From Centroscyllium fabricii (lineage: Eukaryota), in assembly GCA_051313645.2 (NCBI GenBank), contig JBNRSN020000014.1, positions 44,764,001 to 44,828,000 of the forward strand: 64,000 nt of DNA, written 5' to 3'. Positions 50,044 through 62,717 of this stretch are shown here, piece after piece. The notes beneath the pieces were generated by a model. It saw nothing but the letters and a program-made list of their open reading frames with translations, was not told the origin of the DNA and did not search any database. The stretch's first letter is position 1. Each line of letters opens with the position of its first letter. Both the position numbers and the translations under genes were made by a program.

Positions 50044-50551
50044 TATCATGAATCCATATCAGGAAGCCGGAAGGTTCAATGCATAATACAAGAATAGCAA
50101 AATTGAATTCCATGTTCTAATAATTAAAGAACTACAGCTGCAGCAACAGTAACTTCTACCTCTCTATGTCGTGCCAATGAAACAACTGACAAGGGCTCCC
50201 TTACTAAGCAAAGAATCACCATAAGCCAGAGGAGTATAGTTCACAGTGAATTGAGTCATGAATAGTAAGTATGAGAGGATGAGAATACTTCAAAATGCAT
50301 GAATGCTATGTACCATTGTTGACTCAAGCCATCAGCATGGCCTGGTGAGCATTGTTCTGGTATTCATTTTACAGAGAATATTTCTTTTGGCTTAATTTCA
50401 TATCAAACTTTGATCATTTCAGCCAGACATTTGCACAAAAGAAATACAACCTCCAGGAGTAAAACCTGCAGGCTGCGGCATGTAGTCACCTTTGCCAGTA
50501 CGTTCCCCTTTGCCGCTTTGAATTTTTGACAGGACAATGGCAGGGTGAATT

Positions 50552-50883
50552 TGAAACATTGAAGATAGGAGCAGGAGTAGGCCATTCGGCCCTTTGAGCC
50601 TGCTCCGCCATTCAATGAGATCATGGCTGATCATCCAAACCCAGTACCCTGTCCCTGCCTTCTCCCCATATCCCTCGATCCCTATCGAGCCTGCACCGAC
50701 ATATATCCCACCCTATCCTCATAACCCCACATATTTAATCGCCCTAACACTACGGGTCAATTTATCATGGCCAATCAACCTAACCCGCACATCTTTGGAC
50801 TGTGGGAGGAAACCGGAGCACCCGGAGGAAACCCACGCAGACATGGGGAGAATGTGCAAACTCCACACAGATAGTACCCGAGG
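50552..50883 (-). mobile_element. HE1/V-SINE-like SINE, head truncated
   Basis: Matches 26155-26490. Confidence 0.88.
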
Positions 50884-52397
50884 CCCCAAATTGAAGATAG
50901 CACTGTAGAATAAGGCTCTCAATCTCGGCGTTGCTGTTGCACCGTGCTTCAGACCTTGTCCTTTAGGTGCTCTACCCTTCACCCACCCCATCGCACTCAG
51001 CAGAACAGCAATATTTGCCCAGTGATGAGGTCCCACTCAGCAGTTTGTTAACAGAAATGGGAAGTGACAGACTCGGTAAAGGAAAATCTCCTTGCTGAAC
51101 AACACATATTACACCATCTGCACATTACTGCACTCCCTGCAACAGTTTGCTGAGAGCTTGCCGAGTACCAAGAAAAAGGTATTGATCTGTGTCAGTCTAA
51201 TTTGATCAGAATAGAGACCTTTTATTACAGCCTTTCCATGCCATGTTATTTAAGAGATGAGGTCAAGAACTAGGCAGAGGATTTTGGATTTGCTGGAAAC
51301 GCTGCGGTTGCTTACTTGCGATAAGGAAAGGCAAGGGTACTGGAAGGATAATTAATAAACAAATTAATTACATTCTCTGTACCTTTTATCAAAATATAAC
51401 AAAAAACAGCTGTACCAATAACTAAGATTTAACATGGGTTTAAAAATACATTTAACCTAGAGAGGATTGCTGCATTCTGTCAAAAGAGGTACAAAAGCAC
51501 AGTGAAGATAATTAATCCTTTCGGTAGTTACTCTCTCGCTGCAAAGCAACATTTTGACCACCAACAGAGCTGTCAATGATTCCACTGTCTGTAATGTGCT
51601 ATTGTGTGTGGGTAATGTCAATACACAGCCAACCCACTGCAATTTAGAAGTCTCTTCCTTGTTCGTTTGAATGGGAACTCGAGGGTGTGAATTCAAATAT
51701 GACTTCAATCACTTCATGTTTGATGTGAGCAGAGCGAGAGCCAGAGCCAAAAATGTGACTTTGTTTTCTGCTATGAGGCTGGGGAACAGAGTCTTGTACA
51801 TTTCACTCGTACAGAATGTCAAAGTTCACTGAAAGCGGTTCGTGACAATGTGGCCTTTTCTTCAGTCCTGTGAGGGAAAGATGATGAAGCAAAACAGGAT
51901 CATTCTGAGCAAATAGCAACACCAAGGCACTCACCGTCAAATAACAGGATGGATTTCCAGCCTTCTCGCTTACAGTTTACAACCCTCCCCATTCATGGTA
52001 GGATACGAGATGTGTGTGATGAAACACATTCTTATGCCAGTAGGCTAATTATTTCTTCCAAGAATCCTCTTTACAATATAATGGCTGAAAAAGAAGACAG
52101 TCACTTGTTGTAGTGAAAGTTCTCCTGTGGCGACCTCTTCCAGTGTAATACCGTGTGGTTGGCAGTCATACAGCATGAAAACCAAACATGTGGTTTAACA
52201 CTGTTGATTTTTCAAAATTTGACAGCTGGGACCAGCGATGCAATTGCGCCGCTTCCTTTTTCCAGGCGTTAAACGGACGCATGAGGGTCAACTATGGTGG
52301 GCATTGCGCACACACCCATCCCAGCACCACAATCACATGGTCCCGGAGACCACATCAACAGGCGTGTGCAGAGAAATTCAAGTTTTTTTTTAGCCAT

Positions 52398-52957
52398 TGA
52401 TGGGATGTGGGCGTCGCTGGCTGGCTAGGCCTGCATTTAGTGCCCATCCCTAATTGCCCTTGAGAAGATGGTGGTGAGCTGCCTTCTTGAACCGCTGCAG
52501 TCCATATGTTGTAGGTACACCCACAATGTTGTTAGGAAGGGAGTTCCAGGATTTTGGCCCAGCAACAGTGAAGGAGTGGCGATACAGGTCCAAGTCAGGA
52601 TGGTGTGTGGCTTGGAGGGGAACTTGTAGTTGGTGCTGTTCCCATGCGTCTGCTGCCCTTGTCCTTCTAAGTGGTGGAGGTTGCGGGTTTGGAAGGTGCG
52701 GTTGAAGGAGCTTTGGCGAGTTGCTGCAGTGCATCTTGTAGATGGTACACACTGCAGCCACAGTGTGCCGGTGGTGGAGGGAGTGAATGTTTAAGGTGGC
52801 GGATGGGGCGCAGATCAAGCGGCCTGCTTTGTCCTGGATGGTGTCGAGCTTCTTGAGTGTTGTTGTTACCCAGGCAAGTTGAGAGTATTCCATCACACTC
52901 CATACTTGTGCCTTGTAGATGGTGGAAAGGCTTTCGGGAGTCAGGAGGTGAGACTTG
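52398..52957 (-). mobile_element. Non-LTR retrotransposon 3' end (RT C-terminus; clade uncertain, RTE-X or L2/Crack-like)
   Basis: TIYKAQVWSVMEYS...LDTIQDKA...SLHHRH...WNSLP...FKKAAHHHLLKGN*. Confidence 0.8.
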
Positions 52958-53091
52958 CAAATGGTGAAAATGGCAGTATCAAACACGAGTTTTGCCAACT
53001 TATGATGAGTTTTATTTTTTAAATATGTGATATGCCTCAATATTTATCAACAAAACTACAGTGTTCTGTTTATCCATAATACAGAGTCCAA

Positions 53092-54046
53092 GGGGGAGAA
53101 ATTCATTGTCGCCCCATTTGGGAGCGGAAACTATTGAAAGCTGGGAAACTTGGTATGATTCCCAGCTTTTGCAAAATTCGGTGTTTGTGCTCCAAGAAGG
53201 AAGTGGTGCACTAAATCAAGTGATCCACTTCCTTCCTGGAGCGCTAAAGGATGCAGGTGGGGTGGTGGTGCAGCGCTGCCGAGATCCGAGGCTCCTTCCC
53301 TCCCTTAAAGGAAAGGGCCATCACTGCAGGCTCTGCATTGGGACCAGTTAGCTGGTCCTCGACGGCAGCCGCCATCCGGCCCAATCAGTCCCATGCACTC
53401 CAGCAGAGTGCGGGCTGATCGATCGCGGCCCAAGATAATTGGAAAAAAATTGGGGAACAAAAGCAGTTTCGAAATTTTCCTACTTACCTCGGCAAACTCC
53501 CCTTTACCTTCTGCCCCCGAAGCTCCGGGCCTCCCGAGCAAGGACTCCTGCCGCTGTCGGTGTCATTGCCCGGTGATGCTGCAGGGGACGGTACTTAAGT
53601 TTGTGTCCGGGGCGATGCTCACGGCAATAACGTCATGATCTCTGGGCGCAGGTGATCATGGTGCTCGGGGTTACCGCCGCCGCAAACCTCCACGTCAATT
53701 TCACGGGCGTCGGCACTTTTGCTGCGTCTGGTCGTAAACATGGAAACATAGAACATAGGAGCAGGAGTAGGCCATTCAGCCCTTCGAGCCTGCTTCACCA
53801 TTCAATGAGATCATGGCTGATCATCCAAACCCAGTACCCTGTCCCTGCCTTCTCCCCATATCCCTCGATCCCTATCGAGCCTGCACCAACACATATCCCA
53901 CCCTATCCCCGTGCCCAGAGCTTCGGGGCAGAAGTTAAAGGGGAGTTTGCCGAGGTAAGTGGGAAAATTTCTAAAATGCCAGTAGTGCTCCATTAGCTCC
54001 CCTGGAGGCGCTAACAGGAGGCGCTAAGGTATTGAATTTCTCCCCC
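53092..54046. mobile_element. Harbinger-like MITE with a nested HE1 fragment (53736-53912, - strand)
   Basis: Perfect 14-bp TIR GGGGGAGAAATTCA / TGAATTTCTCCCCC. Confidence 0.8.
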
Positions 54047-54187
54047 AAACACTGCACGATATCTATTTTTACGATTAAATCGCTTCGCTTTATCAAGCAC
54101 CAACAATTTTTTGTTACAGGACTCCATTGCTCTCATATGTCTCATACATGTGTGGATGCGCTTTCTCCATCTATAGTATATAGGATT

Positions 54188-54922
54188 GGGCCAGAAATTC
54201 GGGTCCCCACGGGTGAGTATGCGCTGTGTACTCGCGCGTAGGCCCAACGATAGTGCCGGTTTCGTGCTTGCGCTGCGCATGCGCGGGAAACCGGAACTTC
54301 CGTTCCCTGAAAGGAACGGGTTCACGGGTCGAACGCGTGCGCCGGAGAAGCAGCGCGTACGCCTGGAACTTCTGTTTTTTGCAGGTTTCTCCGGGAGGGT
54401 AAGTCTCCAGCAGCTACGTTTTTAAAAAGCAGTCGCAAGGCCGGCTTTTAACAAGGTAAGTGGTGAATTAAGTAAAATTAAAACATTATTTCCACAGGTT
54501 TATTATTTTTAAATACTTTCAAGAAAGTTAAGTTTATTTTTAGCCCCATTAGAAACTGTAATTAATTTTTTCAAAAATTTAAATTATTGTTTAAAATAGT
54601 TATTTTATGTAATTTATAGTTATTTTAAAAATGTGATTTTTGTTTCAATTTAGTTATGTTTGGGGCTGAACTGTATTCATAGATTTGACAGGTCTTCCTG
54701 TCAAATGTATGAATAGAGATTGGCTCTCCATGGCCCACGTGATCCCAGGGGACACTACAAACTAACTGCACCCCTGGGACACGCAAGCACTGCGCGCCGG
54801 CAGTTGGAGCAGGCCCAGGATCGGAATCCGACGCAGGCCCACAGCTCAACGGCCGGCATGCTACATAAGTGCAGGTCGGAGGTTTGCACCCGCAGGAAGC
54901 CCCCGACCCGAATTTCTGGGCC
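54188..54922. mobile_element. Harbinger-like MITE with AT-rich core
   Basis: TIR GGGCCAGAAATTCGGG / CCCGAATTTCTGGGCC and TSD ATT. Confidence 0.85.
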
Positions 54923-55063
54923 ATTATCATTTTCTACCATTTTGAATGATCTTCCATTGGCACCTTTGTTATCATTTGACCTCACCAATACTTTCTTTAT
55001 TTTGCTTACTGGAGTTGACCAAATGTGATAAAGTGCATCACCAATTCTCTGCACTCTTTATTT

Positions 55064-56180
55064 ATAGAAACATAGAAATTTACACCATAGAAGGAGGCCA
55101 TTCGGCCCATCGTGTCTGTGCCAGCCAAAAAGAGCTATCCAGCTGAATCCCACTTTCCAACTCCTGGTCTATAGCCTTGTAGGTGAATGTCCAAGTATGT
55201 TTTAAATGTGATGAGGGTTTCTGCCTCTACCACATTTTCAGGCAGTGAGTTCCAGACTCCCACCACCCTCCAGGTGAAAAACTTCTCCTCAACTTCCCTG
55301 TAATCCTTCTACTAATTACATTAAATCTATGCCCCCTGGTTATTGATCTTTTTGCTAAGGGAAATAGGTCCTTCCAATGCACTTTATCTAGGCCCCCCAT
55401 AATTTTATACACCTCAATCAAATCTCTCCATGGCTTCCTCTGTTCCAAAGTAAACAACCCCAGCCTATCCAATCCTTTCTCATAGCTAAAATTCTAAAGT
55501 CCTGGCAATACCTTCATAAATCTCCTCAGTACCCTCTCTAGTGCAATCACATCTTACCTGTAATGTGGTGACCAGAACTGTACGCATTACTCTAGCTGCG
55601 GCCTAACTAGTGTTTTATACAGTTCAAGCATAACCTCCCTGCTCTTTTATTCCATGCCTCGGCTAATAAAGGAAAGTATCCCATATGCCTTCTTAACCAC
55701 CTTATCTACCTGCCCTGCTACCTGCAGGGATCTGTGGACATGAACTCCAGGATCCCTCTGTTTCTCTACACTTTTCAGTGTCCTACCATTTATTGTGTAT
55801 TCCCTTGCCTTTTTAACCCTCATCAGATGCATTACCTCACACTTCTCTGAATTGAGTTCCATTTGTCACATTTCTGCCCACCTGACCAGTCCATTGATAT
55901 CTTCCTGCAGTCTACAGCTTTCTTCCTCGTGATCAACCACACGAACAATTTTACTATCATCTGCAAACTTCTTAATCATGCCCCCTACATTTAAGTCTAG
56001 ATCATTGATATATACCACAAAAAGCAAGGGACCCAGTACTGAATCCTGTGGAGCCCCGCTGGAAACAGCCTTCCAGTCACAAAAACACCTGGCGACCACT
56101 ACCCTCTGCTTCCTGCCACTGAGCCAATTTTGGATCCAACTTGCCACTTTCCCTTGGAGCCCATGGGGTTTTACTTTTCT
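55064..56180 (-). mobile_element. CR1 LINE RT 3' portion, disabled
   Basis: WIQNWLSGRKQRVVV...SVLGPLLFVVYINDLD...KFADD...KCEVMH...GLFTLE. Confidence 0.92.
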
Positions 56181-56695
56181 CTTATGAAGGCAATATACTA
56201 GAAACATCTGTTTACTTTATAAAACAGAACTGCATGATCTAAAGAGAAATGTAATTATTAAAGAGACATTTTTTGAGATCATACAATGGCTGCAAATGCA
56301 AAATATTCATAGGTTCACAGCTCCTGACTGAACCTTCTAACCTCTTCCTATCGCCCCCGCAACCCGCCCCCCCACCCCCCCGCTAAAATAAATCCCTTAT
56401 TTTCTGTGGAAACTCATTTTGAATTCTGTGAAGTATGTGAGGTAGTCACTGAATCCAACTGTACAACTGTTATCTTACATTATATTAAATAGCCTGAACT
56501 TTGTAACCATGGAGAAGACAGACAAGCTGATGTGTTATTAGTGTTATTAACTGCTGATTTCAACAGTAAATTACAGTTTTCTTGCATAATGTTGTTGATT
56601 TGCACTGCGCGTATTGCTTGGCAAAAATACTAAAAACCCAGCAGCTAATCCAATGCCCTACAATATTGTAGAAAAGTAATGTAACTTATTCAAGA

Positions 56696-56853
56696 TGTGG
56701 AGGTGCTGGTGTTGGACTGGGGTGGACAAATGCAAGAAGTCACACAACACCAGATTATAGTCCAACAGTTTTATTTTAAATCACAAGCTTTCGGAGCATA
56801 GCTCCTTCATCAGGTGAAAGAGAAGCTGACTTAAAGAATGCACATATGGGAGG
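56696..56853 (-). mobile_element. Penelope-type short insertion (single arm)
   Basis: 12-bp TSD ACTTATTCAAGA (56684-56695, 56854-56865); same family as the 21910 and 24591 insertions. Confidence 0.85.
56782..56816 (-). ncRNA. Minimal hammerhead-ribozyme-like motif with intact core
   Basis: Minus strand reads cac-CTGATGA-a-GGAGC-tat-GCTCC-GAAA-gctt-gtg. Confidence 0.65.
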
Positions 56854-57675
56854 ACTTATTCAAGACAGCCCAAAAGAAACATTGCAGTTAACCTGCTGTC
56901 AACAAAAACTGGCACCATTGACCTAAAAAAGTCAACCAATAATCAACAATAATACAGCATAATTTGCTCAGTTCTGAGCCGTCTATATGTCAGATTCTTT
57001 AATCGAGAGTCATTCAGAATGGTGTCTTCACCATGCATAATAGTCATCAATGCATGCATTACTCATTGGAAGAATGTTGCAACTCGATGCAACATCGCTC
57101 AACAAAACAGAAACAAATAATTCAATGTACCCTACGTATTCAGACAACACAATTGATCAGGGTTTTGGATTCGATTTTTAAAAAGGAAAAAAAAGATAAT
57201 AAGTTGACTTACAGCATCTTCTATCAAATAAGATGTGTGCTGTACAAATGGAATTTAGGATAGTTTTGAAATCCAGACTGTTTAGTTCAGTACGCGATTC
57301 CTATGCGGCTGAATAGCGGTCGTCCTCCTGAAGTAGGTCGGAACACACCCTGTAAGTCTGTCTTTGTGAACCCTGCAAGCGGACTGTTATGAGAGGTGTA
57401 TCATGTTTTCGCTGTTAAAGAAGGGCCCATCAGCACTGTTCTTATAACTAAGGCTGTACTGTAGCCAAGTTTCACTTAGAGGCTGGCATCTTAGAGATTG
57501 AACAAATCATTCTGAGGGAAAAAATAAGGAGATGGGGATACAAGCATGTCCCACCATTATTTGAGGGCAGAAATTATAAATGGAAGTTACTTCAGATTTT
57601 TTTTAAACTAGGCGGCAGTAACCCTAGTTACAGAGCCCGTCAGCCTTTTTATTTTTGTAATTAAAAAATAAAAAT

Positions 57676-58141
57676 ATTCATTGATGGGATGTGGGCGTCG
57701 CTGGCTGGCTAGGCCTGCATTTAGTGCCCATCCCTAATTGCCCTTGAGAAGATGGTGGTGAGCCGCCTTCTTGAACCGCTGCAGTCTTATTGTTTTTTCG
57801 TAGCGGTTGTTTACAACTGAGTGGCTTGCTGGGCCATTTCAGAGGGCATTAAGAGTGAACCACATTGCTGTGGGTCTGGAGTCACATGTAGGCCAGACCA
57901 GGTAAGGACGGCAGATTTCCTTCCCTAAAGGACATTAGTGAACCAGATGGGTTTTTGCAACAATCGACAATGGTATCATGGTCGCCATTACTAAGACTAA
58001 CATTTTAAATCCAGAATTAAATTGAATTGAATTTAAATTCCACCAGCTGCCGTGGTGGGATTTGAACCCATAACCTCAGAGCATTTGACTGAGCCTCTGG
58101 CTTACTAGTCTAGTGACATAACCACTACGCCACCGCCTCCC
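57676..58141 (-). mobile_element. Full-length tRNA-headed SINE sharing its 3' tail with the 52398 LINE
   Basis: Head GGAGGCGGTGGCGTAGTGG...GGTTCAAATCCC; about 100 bp of tail nearly identical to 52398-52502. Confidence 0.85.
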
Positions 58142-59826
58142 ATTTTATTGAAATAAAAACCTGACGAAAGGGATTTCAATATATTTATTTCCATTTGTCT
58201 ACTGGTCTTAATATATTAATTCCTTCCATTTCATGACAGTTAAAAGCATTTCCCCATCATTGCTCGAATCAGAATGTAACCTTAACTAAACCTGCTGACC
58301 ACAAATGCTGTATCAGTTTCACTTCAACCATCAAATGGAAAATTGCAAGTAATACATCTTACTTTTGACAATATAATTGATTTTCCATTGATTTACTTGA
58401 CATCCGATGTTATCTTAATTCTGTTATTGAATTTAATGCCAGATATTGTCAGAATATTTTTGAAGAGTGAAAAATGAAAGCAGCCGTTTTGTTGGAACAA
58501 TGAGATTGGCAGCGTTCCTCTTCCCTAGAAATTGTTTCAGAATCGTGATAGCATCCAAGACATCACGCTGCATCACTACATCATTTTCAGATCTGTTAAC
58601 TAATTTTATTTGTATTCACAATTATTGCAAAGCAGCGGCGTAGGTTATCCAGCGCTCCCTTTTAGGTTGTAAATGTGTGAGCTCCCGGGTCATGTGTACA
58701 AGTCTCACTAACTGAAGAATTTATATTGAAGATCATAGCATGGGTGTTACTGCCTAGTGAATTGCTTCTGTCATCTACATTCGCTAAAGGTCGCCGCCAC
58801 GGATTGTGAATCAAATTGGGAGCAACCCAGAACCGTGAGCGTACTGTATTTGCATTTGGAGAACATTGCATTTAGAGCGAAAGGTGCTCGTTCTGTTTGT
58901 AAACCATCACAATGCACATTTTCATTCTTTTTTTTTAATTTTTGGGTTCATTCAGCCCCCTTTGTCTGGCAAATTGTACCTTCGGCCTATACAAGCATCT
59001 TTGTTTGTCTTACATCTGAATAATACACTTTATTGCTGTGGTAAATGTTCAAGTATATGCACGCCTGACTGTAGTGGCTAATTAACTGCTGATAACAAGG
59101 CATAGATGCCCTCTTTCTTTTCACAGGCAATCATATACATGACAGTTCTTTTATCTCCAGACAAAATTGACTTGCTCCCCGACCCTCCTCTGGTTGCAAT
59201 TTGTGTGTTTGCTTGTGATGTCTTTACGAGAATGTTAATTTTTTGTGGCATATAACCAGATATAATTAACACCATGCACACTAAACAAAGAGCACTGCAT
59301 GTAAGCGAGTGGATCTGTCAGGACTTTGCCTCTTTTCGAGGGCTTCAGCAAACTACATATATCATTTTGTTTTCAAATGACACCTCCAAAAAATTCTAAA
59401 TGCAGAAATTAATAATTGTCTTCCTTGACAACTTTGCATTGCTTCCGTGCGCTGGCTTTTTAAATACTATGCAGTAACACAGAATATCATTTTCTTCAAA
59501 CATTTTCGAGACATTGGCTAGGTGAAACAAATTTCATTAAACAAAATACAAGGCACGTTTTTAAATATCCCAATATGTAACTTGCAAGTTGAAAAAAAAT
59601 GCTCTCTCTTTAAGAATATTCCTTCCCTTTGTGGGGATGCCACATTTTATTAAACAAAGCTGATCATACTTTTAAACAGATGTAATATTACATCACATTA
59701 ACTTTTGGGGGGATTCTGTTTTCTCAATAAAATTGCTTTTCATAATGTACCTGAATGAATTGTTCATTATTACAGTGTTTAATACACCGTAATAACATTT
59801 CCATTGGCTTCAATGTAGTAAAATAC

Positions 59827-60143
59827 TGTAGAAATCGGCAGATTTCTAGCCAAAGAACGAAGTCTACACAGAGGAGCGATTAACAATAGGTCTTTACTCA
59901 AAGCTGTCGTCGAAGGTACTGACTGTACAGTCCCGCGCCCAACGTGATGACGTCATCACGTGGGCCCACGTTTTCCCTCGCTCTTAAAGGGGACACGCCC
60001 CGTACATACAGAAGATACATTAACAGTACATTGATGCCTAACACCATGGTTGAATGTCCAGCTGGTGTTAGGATTCTGTTAAAGAGAATTATGTACATCA
60101 GAATTATATACAATTATATACAACAGACGGTGGACCTGCCACA
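59827..60143 (-). mobile_element. Solo-LTR-like element (317 bp)
   Basis: TGTAG...GCCACA termini and 4-bp TSD ATAC; homologous to 3726-4031. Confidence 0.72.
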
Positions 60144-62717
60144 ATACTAGATAAAGTGACAGAAGTCTAACATCACTGAAGAAAAATAATATGTCGATAT
60201 TGTCTGGATTTGAAACATAACAGAGGGATTACATTGTGAAGGCAATGCTGAAACAAATCCTGTTTAAAAATTCAAATGGTCTGCACAGCTTTTGAAATCT
60301 GTTGGATGAACTAAAATTCCCAGTATATTTAATACGTGTTAATAAATCCATCGAGGTTTATTGGGGGGGAAAAAAACAGAAAATACTCCAGGACTATGTT
60401 ACTATTGTGCATGCAGGTATCTGCATAAATTACCTTACAACATTCTTCAATTTTGTTAGTCCATTCATAATATTGCCGCATTTTCCAGGCTACCTATCCT
60501 CTGCGAGTAAAGAAGCAAGGTTATTTAAAATGAACATCATTTTTATAAATTATGTAAAATATATGGCACAGCACCAGCTAAAGTTTGAATTATAATTTAG
60601 ATATATTTTTAAACTAAGTGCATTTGCGTTATAGTGTAGGTGATCCCTTAAAGGATTTCTAATTGTACTTGTTTTTTGCCCATTTAATTTGACTAAATAT
60701 TAAAGATGAAAACATTGTTGCTGTTTTGTTGTCTTAATGTCAAACCTCTCCCTGGGGAATGAATTAAGAATCTCCATATGGGCGAAAAGTGATGAATGCA
60801 TGTTGAAAATAAACCACAGAACGTAATTTCCTTTTCAATATGCTAATTTACAGTTACGTAAGATAGTGAATTCCCCAGAATTCGTCCTGCCATATCTATT
60901 ATTTGACAGTAAATAATAATGATCAGCAACCCAGAATCAGTCATGATGGAAAATGTAACTTTTCTCCTTTCTGTAATTATGAGCATATTTAAATGGAAAA
61001 TGTAAAAGATCAATTTGCATAACACAGCGTGAGGGGAAATATTCTTAATGCCATATTATTAATAGGAAATGGGGAACGGCTCTCTTCGTCAACAGTCAAA
61101 GCAGGAATAATAATGATTGAATTATCTTTGTCGATACATTTCATGTCAGCCCTGTTTCTGGTCTTTGAATGGGTCTAGGCTTTTTCAGCAACAACTTCCC
61201 TCAGGAATAGTGAATAATTTATTATTTGTATCTTTCAGTTGCAGTTAATGACAATTTTCCTTCTTTAAGACTTATTAGGAATTTGTTTTTTTCTGCTGCC
61301 AAGATCAGTGATGTCTGCACTTTGATAAATATTCTAATTGGTGTGCTGCAAAAGTCATATAAAACTACATGACACAATTTAAACCATTCTTTCTATGTCT
61401 AAAACTGTTTTCCCTTGTAGGTCTTAAGATGTATAATGTATGGATTGTAGCACTGATTCCTCAAAGGCTAAAACTGCAATCATTCTCCTGAGAGAATATT
61501 CCCATATCTTCATGTACAATCCATTTGCCCAGTACCGTTTGAAATAATTATTAAGTGTATCAGCAAAATCTGTAAGATCTTTTAATAAATGTTTAAAATT
61601 CCTATTATGCTTTGCCAAATGGATACCGACAGCATAATATTTGGACTGAGGTAAGAAAATAACATTTTGACTTGATACACAGTTGGCAACGGTGTTGGCA
61701 TCCCTGCCAGCCAATTTTTTAAATATAATTCTCTTAGTCAATGGTATCCTCATTTGAAATACTGTAATACGTGCCATTCACAATTTGAAGTGGGATTCTA
61801 TTAAAATCTTCCACTTATCTTTTGAACCTATTGACTTTTGTGTGTGCAAATCACTAATGAATTATTAACCTTTTGAGAAACTATTTGTCAAAAGTAATTG
61901 GTGGAAATGAAAGGAACAAGGACTAGCTACTCCATTTGATTAGCCAGTACTTTGTTTACATGAAGATTTAGCATTGGTCCAGTTAATATTTACATATTAC
62001 TCTTAATATTATGAAATAGGAGATTACATTTTATAATTGCTCATTATCCAATAAATTTGAAGTATGATCAAATCTATTACCTAATGTATTTCTATTGCCG
62101 CCGATTGGATATTAAACAAACTCAAATACAAAAACTTCAGGAGTGAGCTATTTGGTATCTCGGAAAGACTTCAATTATTTTTCTTCTTTTAAGGATATTT
62201 CAAAATTATTAGATTTTTTTTAATTCGATTGTGAGAACGCCAATTAATTTAACCAAGTCTTAAAGAAGGAGTTTCACTATCCGCTCTCCTTTTAAAAATT
62301 AAAATCACAAATAATTAAGATTAACTTTGATATCTTTTTCTATTTATTGTTGTAGAATATTTTGAGGAGGGCAGTATTTTTGTCTGCCTAGGGAATACTG
62401 ATAACATCACCAGCAGAGAATTCAGACAGCAGTTATAGAGCTTAATTAGCATGGTTGAAGTGATGTCTTTACTGAGACTTCTTAGGTAAATGCTGCTCTA
62501 ATAATTGAGTTGTGAGGTTCAGTAATTCATCAAGCCCATTATCCTGATGATGACATCAGTGTTCATAAGTTAAACTAAAAAAAAAACTTGAAGGAAATAG
62601 ACAGAAAAACAAACTATTGTAGATCAGGTGTAATTTCCTCTTAAAGCATGATACATTTAGGCCAAAGCCTACAATTCTAATGGCACAATGGTTCCATTAC
62701 GGTGAATTTTTCTTTTT

